The translations under genes and the position numbers were made by a program. From Mobula hypostoma (Eukaryota): a stretch of DNA of 64,000 nucleotides. The notes beneath the pieces were generated by a model. It was not told the origin of the DNA. It did not search any database and saw only the letters and a program-made list of their open reading frames with translations. The stretch is from contig NC_086108.1 in assembly GCF_963921235.1 (NCBI RefSeq), positions 28,584,001 through 28,648,000 of the forward strand, read 5' to 3'. Each line of letters opens with the position of its first letter. Position 1 is the stretch's first letter. Of the stretch, positions 1-14,259 are shown one piece after another.

Positions 1-1849
1 TTGGGACCCTTGAGTGAGCATAAATTTTTTGAAAAGTCCTATTAGTGGTTGTATGGTCTGATGGGTGTCCATTGCCTCTGGTAAATAAAACAAACATTAA
101 ATGTGACTATTTTCCCTCCTTTTCCTCCTCCAAAACTTACCATTTAATGGATAAGTAGCCTTACAGGATCTTGGTCATGTGGTCATCTTCTTGTACAATC
201 TTACACAGGGAGTGTCATTAAGCTATTTTATATACGGAAGAAACTGGGTTTCAATGTGCTCTCATTCAAATGTGCTTGCCACCACATTTAGAATTATTAC
301 ATTTAAATAGTGAACATTGCAGGTTGAGATCAGGAAACTCAGTAGTCCAGGAATTGCCCTGGATTCTACTTCCACCACCAAAATCAGGCAGCCCTATAGC
401 CAGTCAGCTATGAAGGAACTGGAACTGTGTAACACAAAATTCAGCAATTGTTCCTCAAAATAAAACAAGGAAAATTCAGATGCTAGAGGAGGACCACATG
501 CATAGGCATCTGAATACCTCAGAGTGCAACTGCTACTGTTGAAACATATTTATTTAATTCCTACAAACTTCTCGTGGAATACATTAAGTCATATTTACTG
601 GAATTATTCTGTTATAAACAGTTTTTTTCCCCACAGCGATTCTTCTGCAGGTTTCCAGAGAACAGAGGGAAGTTCTGGAGTCACTGCTTACAGATGCTCT
701 GACCCTGAATGGGGATCTAACTGCAGGTGATTGGAAACCTATAATAACATCACCTTGGATATCACATGCAGGATATCACAGGCAGCCCCACAGAGAGCTG
801 CAAATATTTGACCATGCAAGTGAAAACAGGCCCACAACTTCTAGACCACATTTTGTGGCAAATTTTCCAATTCTTAGAGTCAGTAACTGGACAGAAAATT
901 CCAGAACTCATCCACTAAACCTGTGCTCAATGCAGAGGCATACTCATTCTTTCCAAAGGAGAAGAACCAAAGATAAAAGTAAGTAATGCATTATTGATAC
1001 TTCTCTGGTAACAATCAAAAGACCCATTTATAAATCTTTATACCTATGTAATTCTGCATAGGCAATAAATTTTACTGTGAGCAGTGTGTTTTGTAAAATA
1101 CTTTCAAAATAGGACAGTGAATAAAACATTGCTCAATTACTTGCAATAGAATATACTGATCAGTGAAATGACTGGGATAATTTGGGAAATTTTGTGAAGA
1201 AAAAGTGTGCAGCAATTAATAATACTGAATACCCAGGTTAGCTGCTTTGGGTGCAATTCAGTACAAAAGCAAAAGCTGACATAATGAAAATACCTAATTG
1301 TGCCAACTAAATAAACGCACCTAACAACTGAATCATTCAAGCCTGTTCCAAAGTTACACAGTGAAACTAAACACCATGACGCTAATAGTTTCCCCACATT
1401 GAACAATCTTGTTTGACAGCCAAGAGCAGAGGTGTCAGCAAATAATTTTCCATACACTTTACCCCCTCCATCTCTTCCTCATTTCTACTTCCCTTCGCTC
1501 ACATCCACTCATGGTGTTTTTTGACACATATAATCCAAGCAAACTCTACTTCAGCTAATAGGATCCACCTTCATCTCTGTCAGAGATCTTCAACATAGCT
1601 GTATATCTTGCTATGCTGCACCCCTGAAACACATTATTTGCCAATACAAGACATTCCACTGCCCAGATACCACTTGCATATCAGGCCATGTACATCTCTC
1701 ACAATAAACACATTTCCATGAATAAGTGGAGTGTAATACCCCAAATTCTGTCTGTTTGGTGCATCCAATGAGATAATCAATATGCTCAGTATCAAAGACA
1801 TCAACATCTCCCAATACAAATTCTAAAATCTACCAACACTAAACAACAA

Positions 1850-2150
1850 ATATCTTCAAAAGATAGCCCCTTAAGAAGGCAGCATCTATCATTAAGGACG
1901 CTCACCATCCGGGACATGCCTTCTTCTCATTACTACCATCAGAGAAGAGTTACAGAAGCTTGAAGACTTACTCATGATTTTAGGAACAGTTTCTTCCCCT
2001 CTGCCATCAGATTACTGAGGAATCCATTTTTTAAATTTTATATTTTTTATATTGAAACTTATAGTACATTTTTATGTCTTGCACTGTATTTCTGCCACAA
2101 ATCAACAAATTTCATGACATACGTCAGTAGTAATAAACCTGATTCTGATT
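1850..2150 (+). mobile_element. Rex1/Babar LINE 3' end
   Basis: Sequence encoding LPSEKSYRSLKT-like motif; tail aataaacctgattctgatt. Confidence 0.7.
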
Positions 2151-2424
2151 CAACCAGAATCAGAAGGGGACTCTCCAAGCCTATTTCTTGGGACAAATGG
2201 GAAATGAAAACAACAGTGAATATTTGCTCTCTTCTCAGCCAAGGTAACAGATCAGGAACAGGAATTTACGAATAAATGAATGGAACATGATCAGAGTTGA
2301 GGAAAAGTAACAAACCCCTGCTTTACTTATACAGGTAGATGTGTGAAAACTTGTCAAATTTCTCACATGTATTTCCATTTCTATTGAGATTTTGGTTTTA
2401 ACGAAATTCATCCTCTTCAACGTT

Positions 2425-5060
2425 CAGAGTTCAAAGTAAATTTATTATCAAAGTACATATATGACAGCAAATACAACCCTGAGATTCATTTTTTGCAAGC
2501 ATTCACAGAAGAACAAATAGAATCAATGAAGAACAACAAAATGCAAAAAGAAACAAATAATAATAATTAAGTAATACTGAAAATACGTGTTGAAGAGTCT
2601 TTGAAAGTGAGTTCAGTGATCAGGTCAATGTTGTGATGAGTCAAGATGTCCACATTGGTTGACGTTGAAGAGTAATAACTGCTCCTGAATTTGTTGGTGT
2701 GGGACCCAAGGCTCCTACACCTCTTTTCTGATGGTAGCAGTGAGAAAAGAACATGGCCTGGATGGTGAAGATCCCTGATTACTGATGCTGCTTTCTCGTG
2801 GCAGCGCTCTTCGTAGATTGCTCAATGGTGGGGAGGGTTTTTCCTGTGATGAACTGGGCTGTATCCACCACTTTTTCTGGGCTTTACCATTCTTGAAGCA
2901 TTGGTGTTTCCATATCAGGTCGTGATGCAACCAGTCAGGATATCTATCAATGTGCATCTATAAAAATTTGTCAAAGTTTTAGATACATTTCTGAGAAAGT
3001 AGAGGCGCTGCTGTGCTTTCTTTGAAATGGCATTATGACCCTCTAGTATGATAACACTCAGGAATTTAAAGTTACTGACCCACTCCACCTCCGATCCCCT
3101 AATGAGTACTGACTGGACCCTCAATTTCTTCCTCATGTAGTCAATAATCAGCTCTTTGGTTTTGCTGACATTGCGTGAGATGTTGTTGTAGCACCAATCA
3201 ACCAGTTTTTCAGTTAACCTCCTATATTCTAATTCATCAGTACTTTCGATTCGGCCAACAATTGATGTCCTCGGCAAACTTAAATATGATCTTGGAGTTG
3301 TACTTACCCTCACAGTCATAGGTAGAGTAGGGAGCTAAGCACGTAGGCTTGCGCTGATGGTCATTGTGGAGGAGATGTTGTTGCCAGACCTAGGTCTGAG
3401 AGTTTATTGATTCGTTTTGAGGGGATGATAGTGTTAAGTGTTGAGCTGCAGTCAGAGCATCTGATGTGTGCATCTTCATCGTTCAAAGCTGAGCGGAGAG
3501 CCAATGAAATGGCATCTACAGTTGACCTGTTGTGACTGTAAGCAAATTGCAGCAGATCCATCCAATGTCAATCTTCAGGCAGGAGTTGATATGCTTCATG
3601 ACCAACTTCTCAAAGCACTTCATCACAGAGGATATACAAGGGGTGTTTGATAAGTTTGTGGCCTAAGGTAGAAGGAGTCAATTTTAGAAAACCTAGCAAA
3701 TTTATTTTTCAACATAGTCCTCTCCTACATTTACACACTTAATCCAGTGGGCGTGGAGCATACGGATCCCTTCTTTGTAGAAGTCGGTGAATTGGACCTC
3801 CAGAAAGTGGTCCACAGCAGGGGTGATTGATAAGTCAGTGGCCTAAGGTAGAAGGAGGTGAGTTATACAGCTCTTGTTACATGCACGTGCAGTTCAACTC
3901 TTTGAGTGATTATGCAGAAAGTTTGAAGTTAATAACTCATCTCCTTCTACCCTAGGCCACGAAGTTATCAATCACCCCTACTGTGGACCACTTTCTGGAG
4001 GTCCAAGATGCCGACTTCTACAAAGAAGGGATTTGTATGCTCCACGACCGCTGGACTAAGTGTGTGAATGTCGGAGGGGATTATGTTGAAAAATAAATGT
4101 GCTAGGTTTTCTAATATTGACGCCTTCTACCTTAGGCCACGAACTTATCAATCACCCCTGGTAGGTGCTACTGGGCGACAGTCATTGAGGCAGGTTACCT
4201 CTTTTTTCTTGGGCACCAGTGTGACTAAAGCCTGCTTACAGCAGGTGGGTACCTCAGAGTGCTGATGTGAGAGGTTAAAGATCTCAGTAAACACTCCAGC
4301 CAGTTAATTAGCAGCAGTTTTCAGTACTTGGCAAGGTATATCGTCTGGGTCAGATAATTTTCATAGGTTAATCCTCCTGAAGGATGCTCTCATTTCGGTC
4401 TCAGAGACTGAAACTACAAGGTCACCAGGGGCTGTGGGAGTTCGTGAAGGTGTCTCCATATTCTGTTGGTCAAAGCAAGCAGAAAAGGCATTGAGCTCAC
4501 CTGGGAGCAAAACCTTTAGGTCATTTTAGTCACTTGGTTTTGCTTTGTAGGAAGTGATGGTATGCAAGACCTGCCACAGCTATCAAGCATCCTTCTGTAT
4601 TTCAAATTTGGTCCAGAATTGCCACTCTGCATGTGGGATGGCTTTCTGGAGGTCATACTCAGACCTCATGTACTTTCCTGAGATGCCAGACTTGAAAAGC
4701 CACCATACTAGTCCTCAACAGATTTCGGGTTTCTTGATTCATCCAGGGCTTCTGGTTGGGGAAGAGGGAAGATTCTGAATAACTTCATGGGTATTCACTC
4801 GTGCATGAGTGTTTTTATGAAGTCCATGGAACCATGATATATTCATTCGAGTCCTCTGATAAGTTCCTGAACATGGCCCAGTCCACTGACTCAAAGTAAT
4901 CTTGTAGCCACTCCGCTGCCTCCGGTGACCACTTTTTTATTGTCCTCTCCTCTAATGCCTTACTGTTTATCCTCTGCCTGTATGCAGGTAGGAGAAGGAC
5001 AGCCAGATTATCAGATTTCCCAAAATGCAGTAAAGTGATGGAATAATAGGCATTCCTACT
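2425..5060 (-). mobile_element. Rex1/Babar-type LINE, degenerate, interrupted by a mariner MITE
   Basis: Fragments [43 protein letters not shown]; 3' tail near 2425. Confidence 0.85.
3637..4161. mobile_element. Palindromic mariner-derived non-autonomous element (MITE)
   Basis: Flanked by TA, with termini caaggggtgtttgataagtttgtggcctaaggtagaaggag and ctaccttaggccacgaacttatcaatcacccctgg. The inverted arms of about 230 bp contain the mariner transposase end DFYKEGICMLHDRWTKCVNVGGDYVEK*. Confidence 0.88.
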
Positions 5061-5659
5061 GGAACATAGAAAAAGAATTCCAGTTGAGTTTATTAGTTTT
5101 TAACTTTCCTTTAGTGGTGCTTATTATAAAACATGTATTTTATTGCACTATACAGAAGTAGGTACACAGATTTTGAGACTGAATGAATGCATGTAATGAA
5201 ACTCAGATTTCAATAGGCTACAGCTGAAAAGTTTCAAAAGCACAATAAAAATCCTGAGAAGCTTAATATATTTTATACTTGTGCTGTATGCAGTAAATTG
5301 ATTTTCCTTGGCATAGTTAGGATATAAATTCTCTCCTATTGTTCTTGACATCTTACCTTTGGTGTACAGAGTGCAGCACATACTGTAGCTGAAACTCTGC
5401 CATGGATACCATTAAGGTCCCTCATACAGAGAACAATCTGTACACTAAAGGCTTTTTATTTCAACAGACTGATGTACATTTAAATGATGGAATAAAACAA
5501 GAGTACCTCTTAGTGGTAATTTTTAAGGGCAATAAATCACCCATGAGTAAACAGAGTAATATACTCAAGATCTTTAAACATTAGTATTGCGTGCAGCGTT
5601 GGGAAATGGCAGATTTTTTAAATTATTTATCCCTGTGGACAGTGAACAATAAAAAAATC

Positions 5660-6290
5660 ATAAAACACTGCAAACACTCAGCTAGTAATTCAGCATCCAT
5701 GGGGAGAAAATCTTAGTCACCGTCTCATGTCAGCGAGCCTTCAACAGAACTGGACAAGTGATATAAGAGAAGTATTTTAAGTTGCATAAAGTGAAGACCA
5801 AAGTTGCTAAGATAGCAATTACTTTAAATTCCAACAGTTGGACAAGATAATAAAGAAACAAAGAAACAGACTGTAAATGAAATATCCAGTAACATCTGTG
5901 GAATGGGAGATACAAAGGTGTCATCTGAAATTGCTGAATTAAATGTTCAGTCTATAAGGCTACAATCTAGTCATATGGAAGAACAGGTGTTGTCCTGTAG
6001 GCTTTCATTTGGCATCTTGGAGCTACGTAGGAGGCCAGAAATATTGGTCTGAATGGAATGAAAAATTAAAGTGACAGGCCTCAGTTTTCCCCTTACAGAG
6101 GCTATTTTGAAAACTTTGCTCTGCATCATATCACAGACATTTACTACGCTCTTCTCAATCTACAACCAAGCAGACTTGTCTTCTCACTTTTCCAGTTCTG
6201 ATGAAGGGTCGCTGATTTGAAAGTTCAATTAGTTTCAGTCTCCGGATGCCACCTGATTTGTTAATTTCTTCCACTATTTTCAGTTTGTGC
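5660..6290. mobile_element. Old, degenerate Penelope remnant with inverted pLTR
   Basis: Contains minus-strand remnants resembling the end of the GIY-YIG region and, at about 6194, plus-strand cagttCTGATGAagggtcgctgatttGAAA. Confidence 0.5.
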
Positions 6291-7199
6291 AAAAAAAAAA
6301 AGATGGTTTGCCAACCATCAAAAATTGCCAAATCTTTTGTTTTAATATAGTTGCTGTTTTTCTCTGGTTAGTGGGGAGATATCCAGCTTCACACCTAAAA
6401 CCAGACATCTCTAAAACCTCAGTGTTTAAGGTCTCAATGAGCCAAATAATTTACAATTACATAAAAAGGAATTTGTTTTTACAAATACTGAACCACACAG
6501 CATTGTAAAAATTTTGCAAAATGTTGTTATCACAGATGAGACTAAAACTCAAGTACAATTCTGCTGATCGGCCTAAACTGATCATATCTCACCATTGAAT
6601 CCATGCAGATGTAAGCAGCAAGTGATAGGAGTCACTCCTATACCAATGTCTCAAAGATTTGATTTAGAGCTGCAAAATCATAAAAATTGTCAACTAAGAA
6701 ACAGGCCCTATTGACAAAAATTATGCATGCAAATCTGGAACTCATTTTACGATAAAATCACAAAAGTCGTCATAGCAGCTCAATATTGTTGTTAAAATGT
6801 TCATTGTAGAAAATTATTATAGATTTTTTTTTAAAAGCCTTCTGGGCAATCTTTTATTATTGATATATAATTACAATGGCCTGGCAAATTGTGTAGTATT
6901 TGCCTTCGTTACGCCGAAAAGCTGATGACATCTGAACACTGAGGTGAATTAGCCTCTGTAACTGATATGCTGGCTCTTCAAAGAGTACACATTTGGTGTC
7001 TTCATGAATGCAACCAACTCAAAGTAATTTAAAATAAACTTCGACATTTCGCAGGCCACATTGTTAAAAAGTAGCGTATTTAACTGCAGGCAATATATCT
7101 AAACGATTGTTTCATCAGGAAAGTAAACCCTGAACGCAGGAAAGTCATAGCAACCACTTAAGTGTACTTCTCACCAAGCAAAACACCTACACCGAGAGT

Positions 7200-7640
7200 G
7201 TGTCTGAGCATGCAGACAGTATGCATTATGAACAGAGATTAAGGGAGCTAGGGCTTTACTCTTTGGAGAGAAGGAGGATGAGAGGAGACATGATAGAGGT
7301 GTACAAGATAATAAGAGAAATAGATAGAGTGGATAGCCAGCGCCTCTTCCCCAGAACACCACTGCTCAATACAAGAGGACATGGCTTTAAGGTAAGGGGT
7401 GGGAAGTTCAAGGGGGATATTAGAGGAAGGTTTTTTACTCAGAGAGTGGTTGGTGCGTGGAATGCACTGCCTGAGTCAGTGGTGGAGGCAGACACACTAG
7501 TGAAGTTTAAGAGACTACTGGACAGGTATATGGAGGAATTTAAGGTGGGGGCTTATATGGGAGGCAGGGTTTGAGGGTCGGTACAACACTGTGGGCCGAA
7601 GGGCCTATACTCTGCTGTAGTATTCTATGTTCTATGTTCA
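7200..7640 (+). mobile_element. CR1 LINE 3' end (relatively young)
   Basis: YEQRLRELGLYSLERRRMRGDMIEVYK, TRGH, FFTQRVVGAWNALP; tail tattctatgttctatgtt. Confidence 0.92.
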
Positions 7641-9129
7641 TACAGGTGCCTGTAACTTGTACACTGTGTTTCCACTCACACTTCTCTATCTTGGGCTCCC
7701 ATACTATTCCAGTGAAATTCAATGTAGACTTGAAGAAGAACACATCTTGCAACTGACTCCAAAGTCAACATTGTCCAATAATCGTTAAAAGCCAGCTTCT
7801 GACCTGCTATTATTCAGTAATCATTTTATCATATTACTTCACCTTATCTCGTGGCTTCAGCACTGGAAGATTATCATCAAGTGGCTGGATGGAGATTGGG
7901 GTATTGAACGGATTTTGTGTTTTTTGCACAGAAACCAGACACACTGGTCAGACCAAAGCAGCTGCCCCTCTGCTTTTGCCATATCATCAGGACAGCGAAG
8001 GACATTGACTTCCGAGTACCTCTAAACCAAGCTCTACGATCAACAGCGCATTTGTGCAACAAATGTGAGATGGCCAGGCTTTGTCTTGGTCACCAATTTT
8101 ACACCCAAAGTAGAGTCCCTAGGCTTTCTTAATGAGAGCAGTCATGCTCTTTCTTTGAGATTTAAGCATATTCTTGCCACAAACATAACCAAAAGTATCA
8201 CAGCTGTTGAAACATTGGTGAGACACTTTGCTACTACAAATAATCCTGAAAATATAATTACTTTATTATAATGAGTACATACAATATCCTATGCACATAA
8301 AGCATGTACATCAATGTGACTGCAAACCGATACACGTGTAAACGCAATGCATAGAATGGTGCATGTGTGATGCTTTCAAAGTCTTTCTAAAACTTGTGCT
8401 GCCATGCAGAATCCACCCTGCCTAAGCATGCCCAAACATGCTGGTCAAGACAGAAAACCTCACAGCTTACATTTTGGGGAATATTTTAATAGAGATGAAT
8501 AATGAATATAGGTGATTATAATAAAATGATGCATAATTGGGAAACGTTATAGTGATTTTTATGATCAGGAACCCAAAATCCATTAAAGTATACCCAAAGG
8601 TATTCAGGAAGCAAAACATTTGTTGTCCAGTGTTACACTAGAAAACTATGCACACTACCACAGATTGAAACAGCACAGAGTTCTAGTCACCAAATTAGAG
8701 AAAAGATAAGACTGCACTGGAGATTAAGTGCAGTTTAGATGCGAAGGTGTTGCCATTTTAGATGTGAAGGAAGATTGGATAAACTAGGAATGAAAATGTT
8801 TAAAAATGTTCGGATACTTAAATAAAAGTAAACGTTCAAGCAAAAGGACTTTGAGATAAAATCTACAGTTTGATTATTTTTACTAATAACATTACATGGC
8901 ACAGATGCAAACATACTAGAATGCATGAACCAGTTTACAAATTGCTACCTCCCATATACCACCTAAATGCCAGACAATGGGAATTAATTTACATTTAGAT
9001 ACTTTCAAATGATTAACTGAATCCAAGACAGCAGGAGTATGCTATATGAATCCCCATGCAGTAGGGAGGAATGAACTTGATATGCAAGTTGAATGGAAAG
9101 GACTAATAGGCATGTTATAGTCATAGACC

Positions 9130-9258
9130 AACAAGAGAAAATCTGCAGATGCTGGAAACCCAAGTAACACACACGAAATGCTGGAGGAACTCAGCAGACC
9201 AGGCAGCATCTATAGAAAAGAGTATAGTCAACATTTCGGCACAAGAGGCTTTCATAAT
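9130..9258 (-). mobile_element. Penelope pLTR fragment
   Basis: gaaaatctgcagatgctggaaa...gaactcagcagaccaggcagcatctat, the same family as 48594. Confidence 0.75.
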
Positions 9259-10412
9259 AGCATGGGTTATATTTAATTACATGCTTAAAAATACAAGACT
9301 CTGTTGTTATGTGCAGGCGGATCTGTGAATAATCTAATTATAAAGCAAGACTACAATCCAAGAAAGCTGAAATGAAAAGAGATTCAAGATTCAAATTTAT
9401 TTATCAAATGTACATTGAAACGAACAGTTAAACGTGTCACCATACATCCTGGCTCCAATGTAGCATGCCCACAATGCTCGGCAGAACAACACAGAACACA
9501 ACAAGCACTAAACAGCAGCAAAATAAACCCAGTTCCTCCCTCCCCTCTCACGCACATACATAGTCTTCCAATCCCAGTGGACTTTGACTCAGTCTTGAAG
9601 ACACTGGGCTTTGACCTCCCCAGCGGAATCGCAATGACTGGTAGACTTAGTGCTCTGGGCAATGGGCCTTGATTTTCAGACTTCCAATCAATCCTTAGGC
9701 TTTGCATTGATCCCAGGACCCAACGAATCACCGAACCCTGGGTCTAAAATTCTGGACTTGCCACAGAACACCAGTGGACTCTGGACATAGAACACCAGAC
9801 ATTAAACTTTAGACTCGCCACTGATGGGACCCTGAACACTAGGCCTTAAATTCCATTCTCACCAATTCATGCACTCAGGGGGTCACCAGACCTCATTCCT
9901 CCTGCCGCATGGAACTCCTATGGAACTCCTACTCTGGCACCGTCTGACAACTTGCTGAATTTTGGTGGGATAGGGGCGGGGAGGTCAATCCTTATCCACA
10001 CTGGTCTGCTGGCCGATATACAAAATGTGTCCACGATGTCACACGTCCTCATAGCTGGCCTTGGAATGCGGAGTGGGGGCTCAGAATCTGGCCTGACCTA
10101 TAATTACCCCATAGCCCTGTCCCTAAACCATAATTTGACCCTTAACACCCCTCTCTATCCAAATTCCTTCCGTATAAACCTAAAAAAAATCTAAAAAACA
10201 ACTTAATTGAGCCGCAATCTCAGCAGAGACCGCAGCTCAGTTCCATCTTGAAATCAGCTTCCATTGAAAAACATCAGAAACATCTTGAAAACAGAAGCCA
10301 GTGAAAATGCTCAGCAGGACTGGGAGATTCCTTGGAGAGAGAATCTGTGCTAAAATTTAAGGTTGTTAACCATTCATGAGAACCTTTAATGATAGGCCAT
10401 TGTTGAACTATC

Positions 10413-10797
10413 AGTTCAACTCTTTGAGTGATTATGCAGAAAGTTTGAAGTTAATAACTCATCTCCTTCTACCTTAGGCCATAAACTTATCAATCACCCC
10501 TGATGAGTTATTAACTGATGTGTTATTAACCTCAGACCTTCTGCATAATCACTCAAAGAGTTGAACTGCATGTGCATGTAACAAGAGCTGTATAACTCAT
10601 CTCCTTCTACCTTAGGTCACAGACTTATCAATCATCCCTGCTGTGGGCACTTTCTGGAGGTCCAAGCCGTATGCTCCACGACCGCTGGATTAAGTGTGTA
10701 AATGTAGGAGGGGACTATGTTTAAAAATAAATGTGCTTGGTTTTCTAAAACTGACTCCTTCTATCTTAGGCCACAAACTTATCAATCACCGCTCATA
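10413..10797. mobile_element. Partial, rearranged copy of the same mariner MITE family
   Basis: Three same-orientation copies of ctccttctaccttaggcca..aacttatcaatcacc, plus the CVNVGGDYV 3' segment. Confidence 0.82.
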
Positions 10798-10842
10798 CAG
10801 AAAATAAACATTGTTATTAATGAAAACAAAGAATAGAAGATA

Positions 10843-12106
10843 CAAGTTGCAAGAAGAAGCTTGTGAACCCTTTGCAGTTACCTGGTTTTCTACATTAATT
10901 GATCATAAAATGTTGTCTGATCTTTATCTAAGTCACAATAATAGACAAACACAATCTGCCTAAACTAATAACACACAAACAGCTGTACTTTTCATGCCTT
11001 TCCTGAACGCATTGTTTAATCATTCACAGTCCAGACTGGAAAAAGTATGTGAACCCATGTGTTTAATAACTTGTAGAACATCCGTTAGCAGCAATAACCT
11101 CCACCAAATGTTTCCTGTAGCAGCTGATCTGACTTGCACAATGGCGAGGAGAAATTTTACACCATTCCTCCACACAAAACTGTTTTGAATTCATTGTTCC
11201 CTCTACAAATGGTGTTCATGGAAGGACACCACAGAGGAAACCACTGCTCTTCAAAAAAAAACGTTACTGCACGTCTCAAGTTTGCAAAAGCCCACCTGGA
11301 TGTTCCACAACATTTCTGGGACAATGTTCTACGGACAGATGAGACAAAAGTTGACTTCTTTTCACAGAAATCTGCACAGCTATGTTTGGAGGGAAAAGGG
11401 CACTACACACAAATACCAAAACCTCATCCCAACTGTACAGCATGGTGGAAAGAGCATCATGGTTTGGGGTTACTTTGCTGCCTCAGGGCATGGATAACTT
11501 GCAATCTTTGAGGGAACAATGAATTCAAAATAGTATCAAGACATTTTATAGGGAATGTTAGGGTAGGGGTCTGTCATGTGGAGCTTAATAGAGTTTGATG
11601 ATCTAAAACATAAGAGTAAATAAACAACAGATTAGTTTAGAAAGAAGAAAAATCATGTCTTGGAATGGCCAAGTCAGAATCCAGACCTTAACTCAATTGA
11701 GATGCTGTGGCATGACCTGAAGAGGGCTGTTCATGTAAGGTATCCCAGAAATATTGATGAATGGGAACAGTTTTGTATGGAGGAATGGTTTAAAATTCCT
11801 CCTCGCTTTTGTGCAAGTCTGATCAGCAGCTACAGGGAGCGTTTGGTGGAGGTTATTGCTGCTAACAGAGGTTCTACCAGTTATTAAATGCAAGGGTTCA
11901 CATACTTTTTCCAACCTGGACCATGAATGATTGAACAATGTGTTCAATAAAGACAGGAAAAGTACAATTGTTTGTGTGTTATTCGTTCAGGCAGGTTGGG
12001 TTTGTCTATTATTGTGACTTAGATGAATATCAGACCACATTTTATGAATAATTAATATAGAAAACCAGGTAATTGCAAAGGGTCCACAAACTCTTCCGTG
12101 CAACTG
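10843..12106 (+). mobile_element. Tc1-family DNA transposon, internally deleted, with long TIRs
   Basis: Flanked by TA, with ends caagttgc...gcaactg. Transposase remnants include RLKFAKAHL, VLRTDETK, PTVQHGGKSIMVWG and EWPSQNPDLNSIEMLW. The inverted arms are about 340 bp. Confidence 0.92.
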
Positions 12107-12139
12107 TAGATTGTGTGATCTTAAGCACATATTTAATCA

Positions 12140-12880
12140 TTGTGGACTTCAGACATGCTTGTAGCCACACTCACTTCCCCATCTATATCAACGGAGCTGT
12201 ACTGGAGCATGTATCAAGCTTCAAATTCCTTGGTGTCCACATTTCCGAGGATCACACCTGGTCCCTGAACTCCTCCATCCTCATCAAAAAGGCGCAACAG
12301 TGCCTTTATTTCCTGCGGAGCATCAAGAAAGCTCACCTCTGTCCCAGGATTTTAAAGGACTTTTACCGCTATACTATTGAGAGCATACTCACCAAATGCA
12401 TCTCAGTGTGGTATGGCAATTGTCCCTATCAGACCACAAAGCACTCCAGCGTGTGGTGAAAACTGCCCAGCGAATTATTGGCACCCAATTGCCCACCATT
12501 GAGAACATCTACCATAAACTCTGCCTGGGCAGGGCGAAAAGCATTATCAAGGATGCATCTCACCCTAACCATGGACTTTTTACTCTCCTCCCATCTGGTA
12601 GGCGCTACAGGAGCCTCCGCTCCTGCACCAGCAGGCACAGAAAGAGCTTCCTCCCTGAGGCTGTGACCCTGCTGAACCTCACATCACAGCACTAAGCAGT
12701 ATTGCACCCATATTGTACTGTCTCAGTACTTTTATATTTATGTGCTGTAGCACTTACTTCTTATTTGCAGTTATTTTGTAAATAACACTATTCTTTGCAT
12801 TTCTGGTTTGATGCTAACTGCATTTCATTGGCTTTGTATCTGTACTTGGCACAATGACAATAAAGTTGAATTTAATCTAA
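12140..12880 (+). mobile_element. Rex1/Babar LINE 3' fragment
   Basis: SSFKFLGVHISED, KKAQQCLYFLR, LLPSGRRYRS; aataaa followed by a short tandem tail. Confidence 0.88.
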
Positions 12881-14259
12881 TATTTAAATGAAGTTTGTGT
12901 GTTTGCAATTCCAGCTCCAAGGAGATATGAATCTTAAACTCAGCATAATCTATAGATTACTCTTGATTAGATCAGTTGTCATTTATGTAATTTTCTTTAT
13001 TTCCAAAGTACTCACTAAATATTTTCAGTACAGTTCATCAGTGATCAAAACAAAATCAAATCCTTTGCCTGCTATGCTTACCTATCAGCATACTTTCTTC
13101 ACCTGAAAATTTTGCTATTTGCTGTTGCTTTATAAATTATTTAGCTCAAACACAATGGGGGCGGGGAGTAAAGGTATAATGTCTGCATGTTGGAGGCAAT
13201 CAAATCTTCTCTTTCCTTTTGCAGAATGAAGCAAAGTCATCTGTGTAGTCGCCATAATTGCATTGTTTTTGGGGAGTTGTCTAAATTAACAAAGTTATAT
13301 TCAAATTCTAAAAGTTGCTACTTTTTCAACAGTTTGCATTATTGTGTTAAGGTTATATCAAATTGCAAAAACACATATAAATGATTTATGACAATTTCCA
13401 ACTGCAGTTTACATCATGAAAAAGAAGTAACTTCCATTTTAAAAGGTCATTATACAAGTGACCCATACTTTGGCCATTCCCCAATAGGGAATTCAAGATA
13501 AATGACAATTCTCATACTCTGGCAATTGTGAAGCCTGGTGGTTATAAGAGTGCAGCTTCCGGCAACAATAAAAGAATGATCAAAGTGCTTTCCCCAACAA
13601 GCTGTCAGTTTAGCTTTCTATTAAATTCTGCCTATCAAAGAGGAATGCATTTTGGTATATAGCATTTGCAAACGAATTTAACTCATTGATAACACAGCAT
13701 TGAAATTATTGGCCGTGTGATTTGACTCAAATTAAAGTTTTCTAGGAGACAGAACAACTTATTGAAAAAAACATTTCATTCCTAATGGTGCTAGTTGAAG
13801 CCAGTTTTAAACATTGAAAAGTTGAGTTAAAAAAAACCTACAATAAGTAATAACATAACTTTTCCATTTATTAATTTAGTGAATATTGTTATTCCAATGG
13901 TGCATCCTGTTGACAACACTGGATAACTAGATTTTGAGCAGTTAATGAACCCAACTTTGTTAGTCTGCTAAATTAAGCAACTACAGTATTTTAATCTAGG
14001 GAGGTTTTATGATTGTGTCACATCAGCTTTTTTCAGTGTTCTTAAAAGATGTCATCAGGATTTGCATCGTGCATTATAGAAAATATTAAAATTTGAAAAT
14101 AGGTGCTAAATTGATTATTAAATTTACTCTTCCTTCAAAAGAGGAAAGGAATTGCAATTGAAAGGAAAAAAGATTGTTGCTCAAATAATTCAGCTAATGT
14201 TCAAAAATAATTTCCAATCTAACTGAAACTGCAAAATTTATAGTGCGATTCTGTACATT

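Noticed and set aside
1137..1457. 106-aa ORF and similar short AT-rich ORFs (25565, 36379, 41320, 46146, 51343)
   Set aside because: They show no recognisable domains or splice context and are consistent with chance ORFs in intronic DNA.
3637..10797. Recurring 35-40 bp motif ctccttctaccttaggccac.aacttatcaatcacccc as a CRISPR-like array
   Set aside because: The copies are mariner TIRs in mixed orientation with irregular spacing, in a eukaryotic context with no cas genes.
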